A DNA stretch of 62,513 nt, the filler included, from Choristocarpus tenellus KU-1152 (lineage: Eukaryota; Protista; Phaeophyceae), in NCBI GenBank assembly GCA_964200185.2. It is 13 parts of 13 records of this genome, joined end to end, with 100 filler letters (N's around TTAATTAATTAA, not from the genome) between each part and the next. Parts side by side here need not be neighbours in the genome. Positions count along the whole stretch, not along the records: positions 34,951 to 42,112 come from CAXNAD020006597.1; positions 42,213 to 46,403 come from CAXNAD020015765.1; positions 46,504 to 49,205 come from CAXNAD020025504.1; positions 49,306 to 52,151 come from CAXNAD020024244.1; 9 more parts are not named here. The stretch is one strand, 5' to 3'. The position numbers and the translations under genes are program-made. Each line of letters starts with the position of its first letter. The stretch's first letter is position 1. Shown one piece after another: positions 39,101 to 49,699 of this stretch. The notes below the pieces were generated by a model, which saw only the letters and a list, made by a program, of their open reading frames with translations, had not been told where the DNA came from and did not search any database.

Positions 39101-41540
39101 CCAAATGGACCACCGCCACCCCCCCTAGATACTTTGAGCCTCAACCCACACATGTTACAATTCGTCGATATGATGTATCTTGCCTGTAATGTCATAATCC
39201 TACCCACTTCTTAACAGTATAGTCATTCTTACTACTCGGAGCACAACACAATGATAAATAAAGGAACAATGGCTACAATCAGGTAATCCTCCTAATGACT
39301 GCATTTGTGTATTCTTGAAATTTGAATAGCAAGAGGACAGTGCAATCTCTCCTATGTGTCACAATCAGTACCAGACAGTACCTCTTCCAGATCTTATGGT
39401 GGGAAGGACATGGGCAGTGCCTGGTTCAGACCACGATATGCAAGCCCTAACAATATGAGTCACACCAAGTGAAGGGAGTACATGCAAGGTGGATATACCC
39501 CAAACCGAACCTAGGGCTCATCACTCACTCCACCACAAGAGTGCAACCATGAGCCCATTCCTCGCGAAAAGACTTCAACATTTCTCTACAAGAACTCCAT
39601 TCTATGCGACCATGGATTAGGGTTTTGGAACTTCAGACACGCCAGCAGAAGAGGGGGTGTGCATCACTTCTCACCAACAAAGCGCCATAGCACATCATCA
39701 AGGACTTCATAAAAATACTTCAGGGGCGAGTCTGGTGGCTACATTACAATGAACAGGGCAGTATTTTGTTGCAGCTGTGCTATGATAGATTTTTCAATCA
39801 CAGATTTTTCAACCATATATTTTTGAACAATTGAGTGAGGGATCTATCTCTACAAGTCAAAGTGGTAGAGAGCCTATGGCATCCAAGTCCCGTCCGTCCC
39901 TAATCTGGCCCACACTACTCCCAATCCAGGAAGGTGGTCCTTTCAACAGCTGTCTTGTGACAGTCAGATGCTCTCAGCATTGTTTCGATGTGAACTTACA
40001 AGCCTTCCAAAAAACAAACTCCTGCACAAAAACAAGTACTTTGGACTCATGGAGGAGGGGTGAGGGTTTGGTGTTGTGGGTGCCACAACCCTGATAAATC
40101 CTTTGAAGGGTATCTAACTGATTCGAGGTATCGAAAAAGAGCACCTGCTCTTGGTGGAAGAGGAAGAGCTGCCCCCACGTTCCACTGCAATGCTGCTTCT
40201 CTATCCTCCTTTGGAAGGGTGATCCCTAAGTGCAACCATAGCCTCTTTTGCAAGGTTGCAGGCACTATGTACAGCCTCCTCAACAAAACCAGAGCAGAGC
40301 TGTACATGAGCATTGTACACCTGTGTCATCCTTTATACTATACATGTGATAGCATATTCTTATTGGCGGGGGGGGGTTACATCAAGAAAATGATACCAAT
40401 CTGATCGGCTATTATCACTTGATTGCACTAACCAAGCAAGGATTTCCTCCAAGCCTGCCAACAGAGAGGCACTTGTCAACATTCCCATTCCCAATAGATG
40501 GATGCAGGCAATAGAGCTCGAGCACTCTAGCATGAAAGAGGAGTGAGATTCTTGGAGAGATGGCATAGACAACACATACACTTCACATCCAACTGGGTAT
40601 AAACTGAGGAAAACACACTATTATACATCCCCAAGTGCAAACACAATAACATGTATCTCTAGGTGCAATCACACTATTATGTACCCCTAAGTGCAAACAC
40701 CCTAGTATGTATGCCTTATTCCAAACACACTATGTGTCCTTTAGTGAGAACACCCTAATATTTATCACTAAGTGCAAACACCCTATTATGTAACCCTTAG
40801 AACACACTATTGTGTGTCCCCAAGCAAAAACACACCATTGTGTACCACTAACTGCAAAGACACTATTATGTAACACTTAGTGAGAACACGCTATTGTGTA
40901 TCACTAAGTACATACACACTATTATGTAACCCTTAGTGGGAGCAAACTATTATGTATCCCTAAGTGCAAACTCACTCTGGAACAAACAAACACAACAAGT
41001 CCCTGCTTGAAATACCAACACACTGTCATACCACCCCACAGTGGATATTTTTCGTTACATTCATGGTCTTACATAACATGGCATTCATGACCACAGCGTT
41101 ATCACACAATGAGCAAAGAAACCTACACAAAGGAATCTTAACCTAGAGTATTCTTGCTCTGCTTGATACCACCCACTACATCACACACTGAACATGTCTC
41201 CTCCATATTAAAACGAGTTCAGGTACAACACACAGGCTAGCCACAAGTGACAAATGGGGTTCAAAGCCCGGAACATACAACATACCAACCCCTTCGAGAC
41301 AGGGAAAAGGAGCCTGTGGCTAATTGTGGAAATCGACAATTCTACAAGACAGAATATATATATATTTTTTCCTCACAAGGTACAAGTTCCTTTTCGTTTT
41401 TACAGTTTGACCTCCACAAAAGGAATGGAAGAGGCGGCAGGAGAGGCCTCCTCGAGAAGGAACATGGACAGGCCATGTAGAGCTGCCAGCAGCTGAGTGA
41501 GCAGTAGCTGAGGTGATATTGTTTCCAAGTAGTGCAGCAC
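36149..41540 (-). CDS. RAB3GAP1: Rab3 GTPase-activating protein catalytic subunit homolog, 3' exons
   Basis: Exon 41540-41412 (VLHYLETISPQLLLTQLLAA, the conserved EKVLHYLET motif). One or more middle exons are unresolved. Then 38068-37957 (AEVAIAKAKSLLDKL), 37313-37162, 36744-36667 (PRPDRSEYVLR) and 36293-36149 (PPSRMYAATDGKTLRLAMS*). This parallels the RAB3GAP1 C-terminus REFILR...PQRMYSVLTKEDFRLAG. The last three introns are phase-consistent. Confidence 0.82.
38356..38536 (-). mobile_element. MITE family A copy (intronic)
   Basis: GGGTCAAAGTATCTG ... CAGATACTTTGGGTC, in reverse orientation to 38964-39140. Confidence 0.8.
38964..39140 (+). mobile_element. MITE family A reference copy (PIF/Harbinger-Tourist-like)
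   Basis: Perfect 14-bp TIR GGCTCAAAGTATCT / AGATACTTTGAGCC with a 3-bp target duplication, TCA. Confidence 0.88.
40610..40976. repeat. Degenerate minisatellite, about 28-bp unit x13 (intronic)
   Basis: Consensus approximately AAGTGCAAACACACTATTATGTACCCCT, head-to-tail with no spacers. Confidence 0.85.
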
Positions 41541-41955
41541 CTGTGGAAAATGCGACAGTTTCAATTCTCGAACATGTCAATATACATCAAATGTTACTTC
41601 CCAATAGAGCACACATCAAACACTGAACTACTTGCACAACACCAGTGAGCTCCGATAGCGTAAATGGTCAACAAAGCATTATCTGGGAACGCATACATTA
41701 GAAGAGGAAACCCTAACCCTAACCCTAACACCCTGTTACAGACAGTTGAAGCTACAGACCATAAAGGTCTCCAAGGGCTGTCTTGTACTACAGACATTAC
41801 ACACACACACACACACATGACCTCTGAGAATTGTCCTGGGTAATGCTATACACAAACAAGACAAAAAGGCTCCCTCTCTACCATCAACATCAATCAATTG
41901 GTGTCATCAACGAACTTACTCCTTACAACACAATCTACAACGGTAATCAAATTTT

Positions 41956-42112
41956 GACTCAAAATATCTGTGGGGTCTACACCAGGGTGTCCATTCAGGC
42001 CCTGACCAGGAGAAGTACACTTACATTATCCATTCGATACATGCAACCAAAATCATCCAATAATCGCAACATGGATAAATGGGCCCCAAATGGAAAGTTC
42101 CCCCCCCCCTCC
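41956..42112 (+). mobile_element. MITE family A copy truncated at contig end
   Basis: GACTCAAAATATCTG...CCCTGACCAGGAGAAGT...TGCAACCAAA. Confidence 0.8.
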
Positions 42113-42212
42113 NNNNNNNNNNNNNNNNNNNNNNNNNNNNNNNNNNNNNNNNNNNNTTAATTAATTAANNNNNNNNNNNNNNNNNNNNNNNNNNNNNNNN
42201 NNNNNNNNNNNN
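42113..42212. other. Artificial contig spacer
   Basis: 44 N + TTAATTAATTAA + 44 N. Confidence 0.98.
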
Positions 42213-42814
42213 CATATGACACTGGTATGCTGTGCAGGGGTGGTGTAGATGTGGTGCTTGCTGCACCGCCACAGCTTCATTGAAATGGGCTCACCGAGGG
42301 CAATGTGCAATACATATATCTACATGTAGCTACTCTTGAAGCCACATGGGAATCACATACAGCAAGGACGTCGCTCTGTTGTTGTTCGGGGACAAGTATA
42401 AGTTGCCTACGAGCACGTTTCCTCGATATAACATGGATTTCTCTTACCACGATCCCTCAGTTTAAGAGGAAAACTATCTTATATAAATAAGAGAGGATCG
42501 GTATATAAGAGAAGGTTTTTTCGCTTACCCCTACCCTTTCTTATATTGGTACACCCCCTGTATTGGAATACCCTATGACATTTGCAAATGTGTCAGGAGG
42601 TGGTGCCTCTACCTGAGTATAGGGCAGGTTGTGGAGAGATATTGATTTGGTGGGACACGTTTTGTGGTTGAGACTAGTGATGGTGATGTGGTGTGGATTA
42701 TGTGAGTGCAATTGTGTTGGTCCTGGCATGATTAGTGGATTCAAACCAAAAATAGGGGAAGTTATGAAGTAATTTGAGTCTTGTGAGTGGGAGAATTCTG
42801 GAAGGAATGATGTA

Positions 42815-43044
42815 GAGTGAAAGTATCTTAGAGGGTACACAGGTTTTGCCTTGTTTGTCCATTTGGGGCTTGCCTTCCAACGTGTTTCGAACTAGGTAAA
42901 ATGTATACATTATGAAAATGTTGGTCCTGAACAAGGATATTGACACTTCCTAACAAACACGATAACCGAAATTACATCAAAATCGCAACATTGGATTTTG
43001 ACCCCCAAATAGACGCGGCCCTACCCTCTCAGACAATTTGGCTC
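42815..43044. mobile_element. MITE family B, full copy
   Basis: GAGTGAAAGTATCTTAGAGGGTA ... TACCCTCTCAGACAATTTGGCTC, with TGTA on both flanks. Confidence 0.8.
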
Positions 43045-46000
43045 TGTATGGGGAATGGAGTGCTGATTAGGGTAAAATAAAATAATGAGAAGGTGGACAA
43101 TGAGTTAAGTACTGGGCGGCTAGGAGGCAGAAGAGGTAGGAGAGATGTTAAAAGAAAAGGGTGGGGTAGGTGGAAGCATGAGGTAGGAAGGGATGGATCA
43201 GAATACAAGGAAAACTTGAGGTTGGTGGGACAGGACAGGCAGGGCTGGAACAAGGCAACCTCCGAGCAATCTTTTCCCCCCCCCCCCCCCCCCCAAAAAT
43301 TACACCCCCCCACGGGGGGGGGGGGGAGGGGGGGGGGGGGGGGCTCANNNNNNAACAAGGCAACCTCCGAGCAATCTTTCCCACCCACCCACCCTTTCAA
43401 TTGCTCACGACCGACTGGGATGCTGGGGAACAGGGGGGGGGAAGGTCAAGCTCAGGTGGAGTAGATGTCACAGCAGGGATGGAGGAACATCGTATTCTGA
43501 CCCTCTCAAACCTTGGCAACATGCCTCAGCCCCACCTCTCACTTCTTTCCTGAACCTCCTCTCTGGTGTTTCTTGGTTTCTTGTCGCCATCCATCACACA
43601 GAACTTGGGAGCACTACAATGGAGAGGCACCCACAAGGGGTTGACCAGAGATGTGGGGTCACGCTCGGATGACGTGCAAGAAGGAAAGCTCAACCACCTC
43701 AAAAAGCTTGTTCACCCTGATCAGAACAAGAAGATTTTGAGAAAGAAGGCATCATCAGAGAACCGCAGATTGAGAGGGACGATCATCCAATGTTTCAGGT
43801 TTACCGATGCTGACTGAGCCCAGATAAAAGAGTTAAGGTACCGTTGGGGGTTCGGTTGAACACGAGGGTCGTGTCTGAATATGGCTAAGGAAGAGCCTCC
43901 CACACAACCTGAACCAATCCCTCCATCAGGTTTGGGAGAAGATTATGAGTACAAAGGAGGCGAGGGGGTTTGATATCGGCGACAATATCTCCATTCAAGT
44001 CCGAATGTCACCAAAGTCTAACACAGTTTGGGAGTGGAAGAGTGTGGAGGTCAACCTCACTGCTGCGACCCTTGCAAGGATTAGCCAGCAACGGATGAGA
44101 TGAGTATATTGACCCACCCTACCCTAGGGATCAATTTCCCTAGAGCTATACACTTGACCACAGGGTTTGTCCTATTCCTTGGTTGCCAAATTTCAAAGTT
44201 GAGTTAAACCTTTCGCTCACATGCATATTCCGCGACAACCACAAAAAGTAGTCGATTGGTGGACCTTTATCGGTGATCGCAACAGATGCCACCCTGTCAG
44301 ATATTCCAAGAAGTATGGTTGTTGGGACACAGCTTGACTCGGGATGACTAAGTAGGCTGTCATGGCATGCTATAATAAGTGCTGTCCCCATGTTCGAAGG
44401 AGACTGGAGATTAAGGAAAATCTGATATAAGTCCAAATGAGTTTATGCCCATGTATTCATCTTTTTTTAATTGCAGTAGTAGTACACCACATTAATGGCT
44501 ACCTCCCCCCTTTCTCCCTTTTCTGAACCCTACCTCCCCAACCCCACTCCCTCAGACGTTTCAAACATTGTTTCCCACATCTATAGAGTCACCCCAGCTG
44601 CCTATGGAGTCATCCTCTCTGTCTTTTGGAGACCTCCCATCGTATTGGAAGGGCTGCTGCAACAACTGCAATGACTGTGCAGGCACTGCAAGGGGTTGCT
44701 GCACTAAATGTCCACTGACTGCAGTGGTAGTGTGGGCCCATGCTGTGAAGGGCTGTCTCTGAACAACTGATGTGTTGAGTGATCGAACGTAACTACTATG
44801 GAGAAACTGACGAAGCGTGGATCTTGACACTGTCAAACAGTTCTTGAGTATGTAAATGACTCAATTAATTCCTTATTATACAGAGCAGGTTGTACGTGAG
44901 GTAACGAAGGTTTAAGAAAGGAGAGAGAGAGAGTGAGCTTCAAAGCTCAAAGGGGGTGATCACCTTACGATTCTCATATTCTAATAACACGTCACTCAAT
45001 CCATGATTACTTGCTTATTTACTCGCTACAACATTCTTTTTCTAGGATTCTTCTTGTTGTACTATGATAATCCGGACAATATTTCCGTTATCTGACAAAA
45101 AACATTACAATCAATTATCCCGTTATCCAACAATCGTTCAACAACTCAATGTTTCTCCCACAGAATCATATCTTACACATGAATAAAAAGCATATTCTTA
45201 ACAATATCGTTGGGGAAAAATGACCACTGAATTTTGGGTCGAGAGTTTCACTTTTCCTCAGTCCACTTTCCTCCATTAATATTTGTATTGTTGATAGTAT
45301 GATAATTTTTAGAAATGGTAGGCCCGCATGGAAGAGGGTATGTCATCTCCGAAGTGGTTACAGAATCAGACATGACCACAAATCCAGTCAGTAATGTAGG
45401 GTGGAGGGGTTGATGATGAATGCTTGGTGTTGGCGTTGTGGTTTTGAATCGGATATTGTCAATTCAACGTATGCTGACAAATGTACCTCCACGTTGTGTC
45501 TATATCATGAAATTGAAAATTAGTGGGTTTAGGGTGGGTCTTACGAGTTTTTTGGAGTGGATGAATGGCTCCGATCTATGAAAGTAGGTGGTGACAACAG
45601 CCAATGGGTCACATTGTGGGAACAGCAGTGGAGTCAACAGGATCAGGATCAAAACAAAGAAGAGTAAAGATGAGCTGAGATGAATTCGAGGTTACAGTGC
45701 CAATTGTGCAAAGGTACACAACCACGCTGTGCACAGACAAACCCGAACAAAAAGGAAACAGAGCAGATCCAGTTCATGTCTGACGCTTGAGTTTGAACAG
45801 TTTGTAACCGAAACCAACGAGTGAGGGTCCCCATGATGACCTCAAAGAAACAACGATCACTCAACAACTCCAGAGGATTTCAAGAGACCAACGTCACTCA
45901 AGACGATCTGAGACAAAGAAGAGGAACCGATGGAGATTTTTCTCAGAACTGGAACTGAGGACTCATGAGATTTCATCGGTGAATAAAGAGGAGGACAGTC

Positions 46001-46365
46001 GGCAATATTCTCCATAAGAGTTGATATGTCCTCGGACTTGGAAACCAGGAAAGACCCTCAGTGGAACTCTTATATGTGAGATGTGTCACCGGGTATATCT
46101 CTCAGACTTGGGAACAGGAACAACCCTGAGTCAAACTCCCAACCAGAGATGTGCTACTGGAGATGTCCCTCAGACCTTCTCTCCATATTGAGTCCTTTTT
46201 TTCTCTCACAGATCAAAAAACCCTAGCATATCGTATTCTAGTTGTTGAGGTGTCACCCCCTCCTCTGACTTAGAATTCACTCTGCAATAAGTGTACCTCG
46301 ATACACAACTGGATGAGATATATTCAGAGATGACACATCCACAACTCTCCTTACAAGGTAACAAA

Positions 46366-46403
46366 GACCCAAAGTATCTGGGAGGGGGGGGGGGTCTACA
46401 CTT
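46366..46403 (+). mobile_element. MITE family A end at contig break
   Basis: GACCCAAAGTATCTG-Gn-TCTACAC. Confidence 0.7.
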
Positions 46404-46503
46404 NNNNNNNNNNNNNNNNNNNNNNNNNNNNNNNNNNNNNNNNNNNNTTAATTAATTAANNNNNNNNNNNNNNNNNNNNNNNNNNNNNNNNNNNNNNNNN
46501 NNN
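46404..46503. other. Artificial contig spacer
   Basis: 44 N + TTAATTAATTAA + 44 N. Confidence 0.98.
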
Positions 46504-47494
46504 GGTTGGGCTGGGTGGGGTGGGATCTGGGGGGGGGGGGGGGGGAGGGGTGGAGGGGAGGTCAAGTTATGGCGGGGTATATGTCTTCTAGCTCAAAGGC
46601 ACGGTTTGAAGTGGATCATGAAGAGGTGTTCTTGGATGATTGTGGGGTGGTATTGAGTGGTGTGGGAACTGCTGTGGGGTTGAGGGGAGTGGTAACTCGT
46701 GTGGGGTTGAAAGGTGGGGGATAGCTGGCAATCAGTGACGAAGGGCATTCGCACTGGTTGGCCATCAAATAATGGGGAATGGAGAATAGAGGAATGGCAA
46801 ACAAGGAATAAGCAAATGATAATCCAGAATTCGAGAGCAAAACAAATAGGATTCAAAATATAAGAAGTGTAAATGGAAAGTATGGACGCAGGAAAATAAC
46901 AAAAAATATTATAATCATTCTGGAGTACCTAAGGAGGACCAAAACAATGAACCCAAGATATGCTAACAACAAGAAGTGTACGATCATTGTCCTCTAAAAT
47001 GAGTGCTTGACGCAGTGTAGAGAGAGAGAGAGAGCGAGAACGAGAGTTAAAGTGATAGTCTCAAACACATAATTGGATGTATGACACGGCAAGAGAGCGT
47101 AAGATGTAACCTTAGGGACTTCTTCAACCAACTGTCGTGATGGACACATCCTCGTCAGCATGCAGCTCCAAGACCTCGAACTGTAGATCCTTCTGTACCC
47201 TCCTCATTTAGAGTGTCAAGGGGTTGACAGTGCATGATCGGGTATGGTTATTACTCTGTTTCTAAAGGCCTAAATATGTTTTAAAGCGGGCCGTAAGCTT
47301 ACCACAATGAGACATGTAACTCAAATCCACAAGTAGTGTGCAGGCGGATGTTAATATGCTGGATCCCTCACTTTCAATATTCACTTTCTTGATTTGATTG
47401 GAGTACGGAGAAAGGACTACCATGAAGGGTATAGACAATTTATGGCCTCATGATGACCGAATAATATTGAAATAGTCAAGAAGCGTAACATATG

Positions 47495-48093
47495 AAATCT
47501 AGGACTTCAAGGTCATAATGGCGTTTATGAGACCGCCATTAAAACTCATTGCCTGTAACATGCCCCCCACAATGAAGCAAAACTGCTTCAATGCGAAGAA
47601 CAGGCGATTGGACGAAAAAATATAATTTAATTCCATCCTATCATGAACGTAACAGAAATTAAATTAATGATACTCCCAGGTCCTAACATATCTCTTACAA
47701 AACGCTCTGCAACCTTACCATGATGGGATATGTAGCTCCAATCCACAACAAGCCTGTGGACTGAACATGAGGCTCATAGAGGGTGCCCTAAAGGAAATGT
47801 CGTTACATATTATACTAGATCTGTTTGATTCTTAATTTTATTGCTTTGATTGAGGTAAGGACTGACACATGTCATCAGAATGACAAAATAACAAATCTAC
47901 AGTAATTAACTACAATATATATTGAATCTAGGACTTCAAGGTCACAATCGCCTGTGACATGCCCTCGCAGAATGAAGCATAACTGGTTTGATATGAAGAA
48001 CAGGTAATTGGACAAGGAAATAACAGTGTCGCTCATTATCCCATCATACACATAGCAGAAATTAAATGAACGTCACTTCCAGGTCGTAACATA
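47495..48093. repeat. Diverged direct repeat pair (about 47495-47692 and 47925-48093), dispersed family
   Basis: Both begin ATCTAGGACTTCAAGGTCA and end CCAGGTC-TAACATAT. A reverse-complement match lies at about 21970-22020. Confidence 0.7.
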
Positions 48094-48177
48094 TTTATAG
48101 GCAGCGTTTGGGGTTCGAGCAGAGGAGGTGTCCCATACGTCTGGGCCGCTAAGTTTTTTGTAAACAGCTTTTTCAAA

Positions 48178-48830
48178 TAAATGTGAGATTCACAAACTAC
48201 GGATAATATCGTTCGATAGTCAATAATAACATCAGGTTGCGCATAGATATCTTCAAAATATTTTTCAGTTCGAAATGGTTGAGAAAAACGCCCTTTGAGT
48301 ACAAACGTTTTTTTCGGAAGTGGCAACAGCAAATGATGGTTAATCGACCATAATGTCTCGACGAGACCTCCGGTGAAGACGCGGTTAGTTACGTTGGATT
48401 GCTTCTTTGCGTTTCTTGCAGTAAATTAGTTACTCGTCACTCTCATTTTCTCTTGATGACGGAGTTTTGGATAATTTGATTCCCATTGACAGAGACGCGC
48501 ATAATGCGACTGCGACTTGGTGGATTAAGGGAGTGAGAGTGATGAGTACTTCATTTAATGCAAAACACGCGAAGGAACCCAACGCTACTAACCCCGTCTT
48601 TATCGGAGGTCTCGTTGAGAAGTTATGGCCGATTGACTATCATTTCCAGCCATTTTTGGTCGGTTTTACTATTAATTCTATATCTGTCATTTCCCAGTAG
48701 AAAACGTTTGTGTTCAAGGGGCGGTTTCTCAACCAATTTGAAATGAAAAATGCTTTGAAGATATCTATGCGCAAGCCAATGTTGTTGAATTTCGAACGAT
48801 ATTATTTGTTCTTTCTGAATATCACATTTT
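48178..48830. repeat. Long imperfect inverted repeat (fold-back), arms about 270-300 bp
   Basis: For example TTGCGCATAGATATCTTCAAA (about 48237) vs TTTGAAGATATCTATGCGCAA (about 48754), and CGAGACCTCCG vs CGGAGGTCTCG. Spacer about 80 bp. Confidence 0.85.
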
Positions 48831-48919
48831 GTTTTGCTCACGAATTCTGGATTATTATTATTCTTTTATTTCTATTTTTGCATTCCTCCCTAATCCTCTT
48901 CTCTCCTTATTCTAACAAC

Positions 48920-49125
48920 CCTTGTGACCAACCAGTGCGACCTCTTTGCCCCTGATTTCCAGCCACTGCACCTCTGATGATCAACCAGGGCAAACCGTTT
49001 TTGCCACTGATTTCCAGCCACCCCAATTCTGATGACCAACCAGGGCAAAACCCCTTTTGCCACTGATTTCCAGTCACCCCTTCCATCCGATGACCGACCA
49101 GTGCGACCCCTTCGCTACTGATTCC
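48920..49125. repeat. Degenerate tandem repeat, about 52-bp unit x4
   Basis: Variants of GATGACCAACCAGGGCAAA...TTTGCCACTGATTTCCAGCCAC. One inverted unit lies at about 46725-46770. Confidence 0.75.
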
Positions 49126-49205
49126 CGGTCTCTACCACCCCTTTCACCCCTATTCAACCCCACCCCACCCCCCACCCGCCACCACTCCAATAAACCCCCC
49201 CCCCC

Positions 49206-49305
49206 NNNNNNNNNNNNNNNNNNNNNNNNNNNNNNNNNNNNNNNNNNNNTTAATTAATTAANNNNNNNNNNNNNNNNNNNNNNNNNNNNNNNNNNNNNNN
49301 NNNNN
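49206..49305. other. Artificial contig spacer
   Basis: 44 N + TTAATTAATTAA + 44 N. Confidence 0.98.
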
Positions 49306-49699
49306 TAGCGTCGTTTTGAGGTCGTTGGATTTGAGTTGTACATCCTGGAAGGTGAGCATTGAGGGGCGCCTGTAACACTTTATGCCCGTAGTATTATTCC
49401 TGTTCCAAGAGTTGTTTGCTAAAGGGAATCTAACTGTTGATTTTCAACGAGTATCCATTTGCACTGCCCTAGGCCCCTCTCCAGATCGAAACATAATGCA
49501 CAAAATAATGTTTTGAACTCCCACCCGTATGCCCACTCTCACTCCCTTCAGTACTACGGCCTTACAAATGTGGAGAGGGCTACTGGAACTCAAATTAGAG
49601 TCCCAGCCTCTCAACCCCACCTATGAAGTCATCCATGTACAACCAGCAACATACCCTAGTGAGTAGGAAGACCCACTATTGTGCTTGATATAGATACAT

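Noticed and set aside
40610-40976. 28-bp periodic repeats resembling a CRISPR array
   Set aside because: Units are head-to-tail and degenerate, with no unique spacers and no cas genes. They lie inside a eukaryotic intron, so this is a minisatellite.
43245-43390. Duplicated AACAAGGCAACCTCCGAGCAATCTTT around C/G runs and a short N gap
   Set aside because: Pattern typical of overlapping low-quality contig ends, not a biological repeat.
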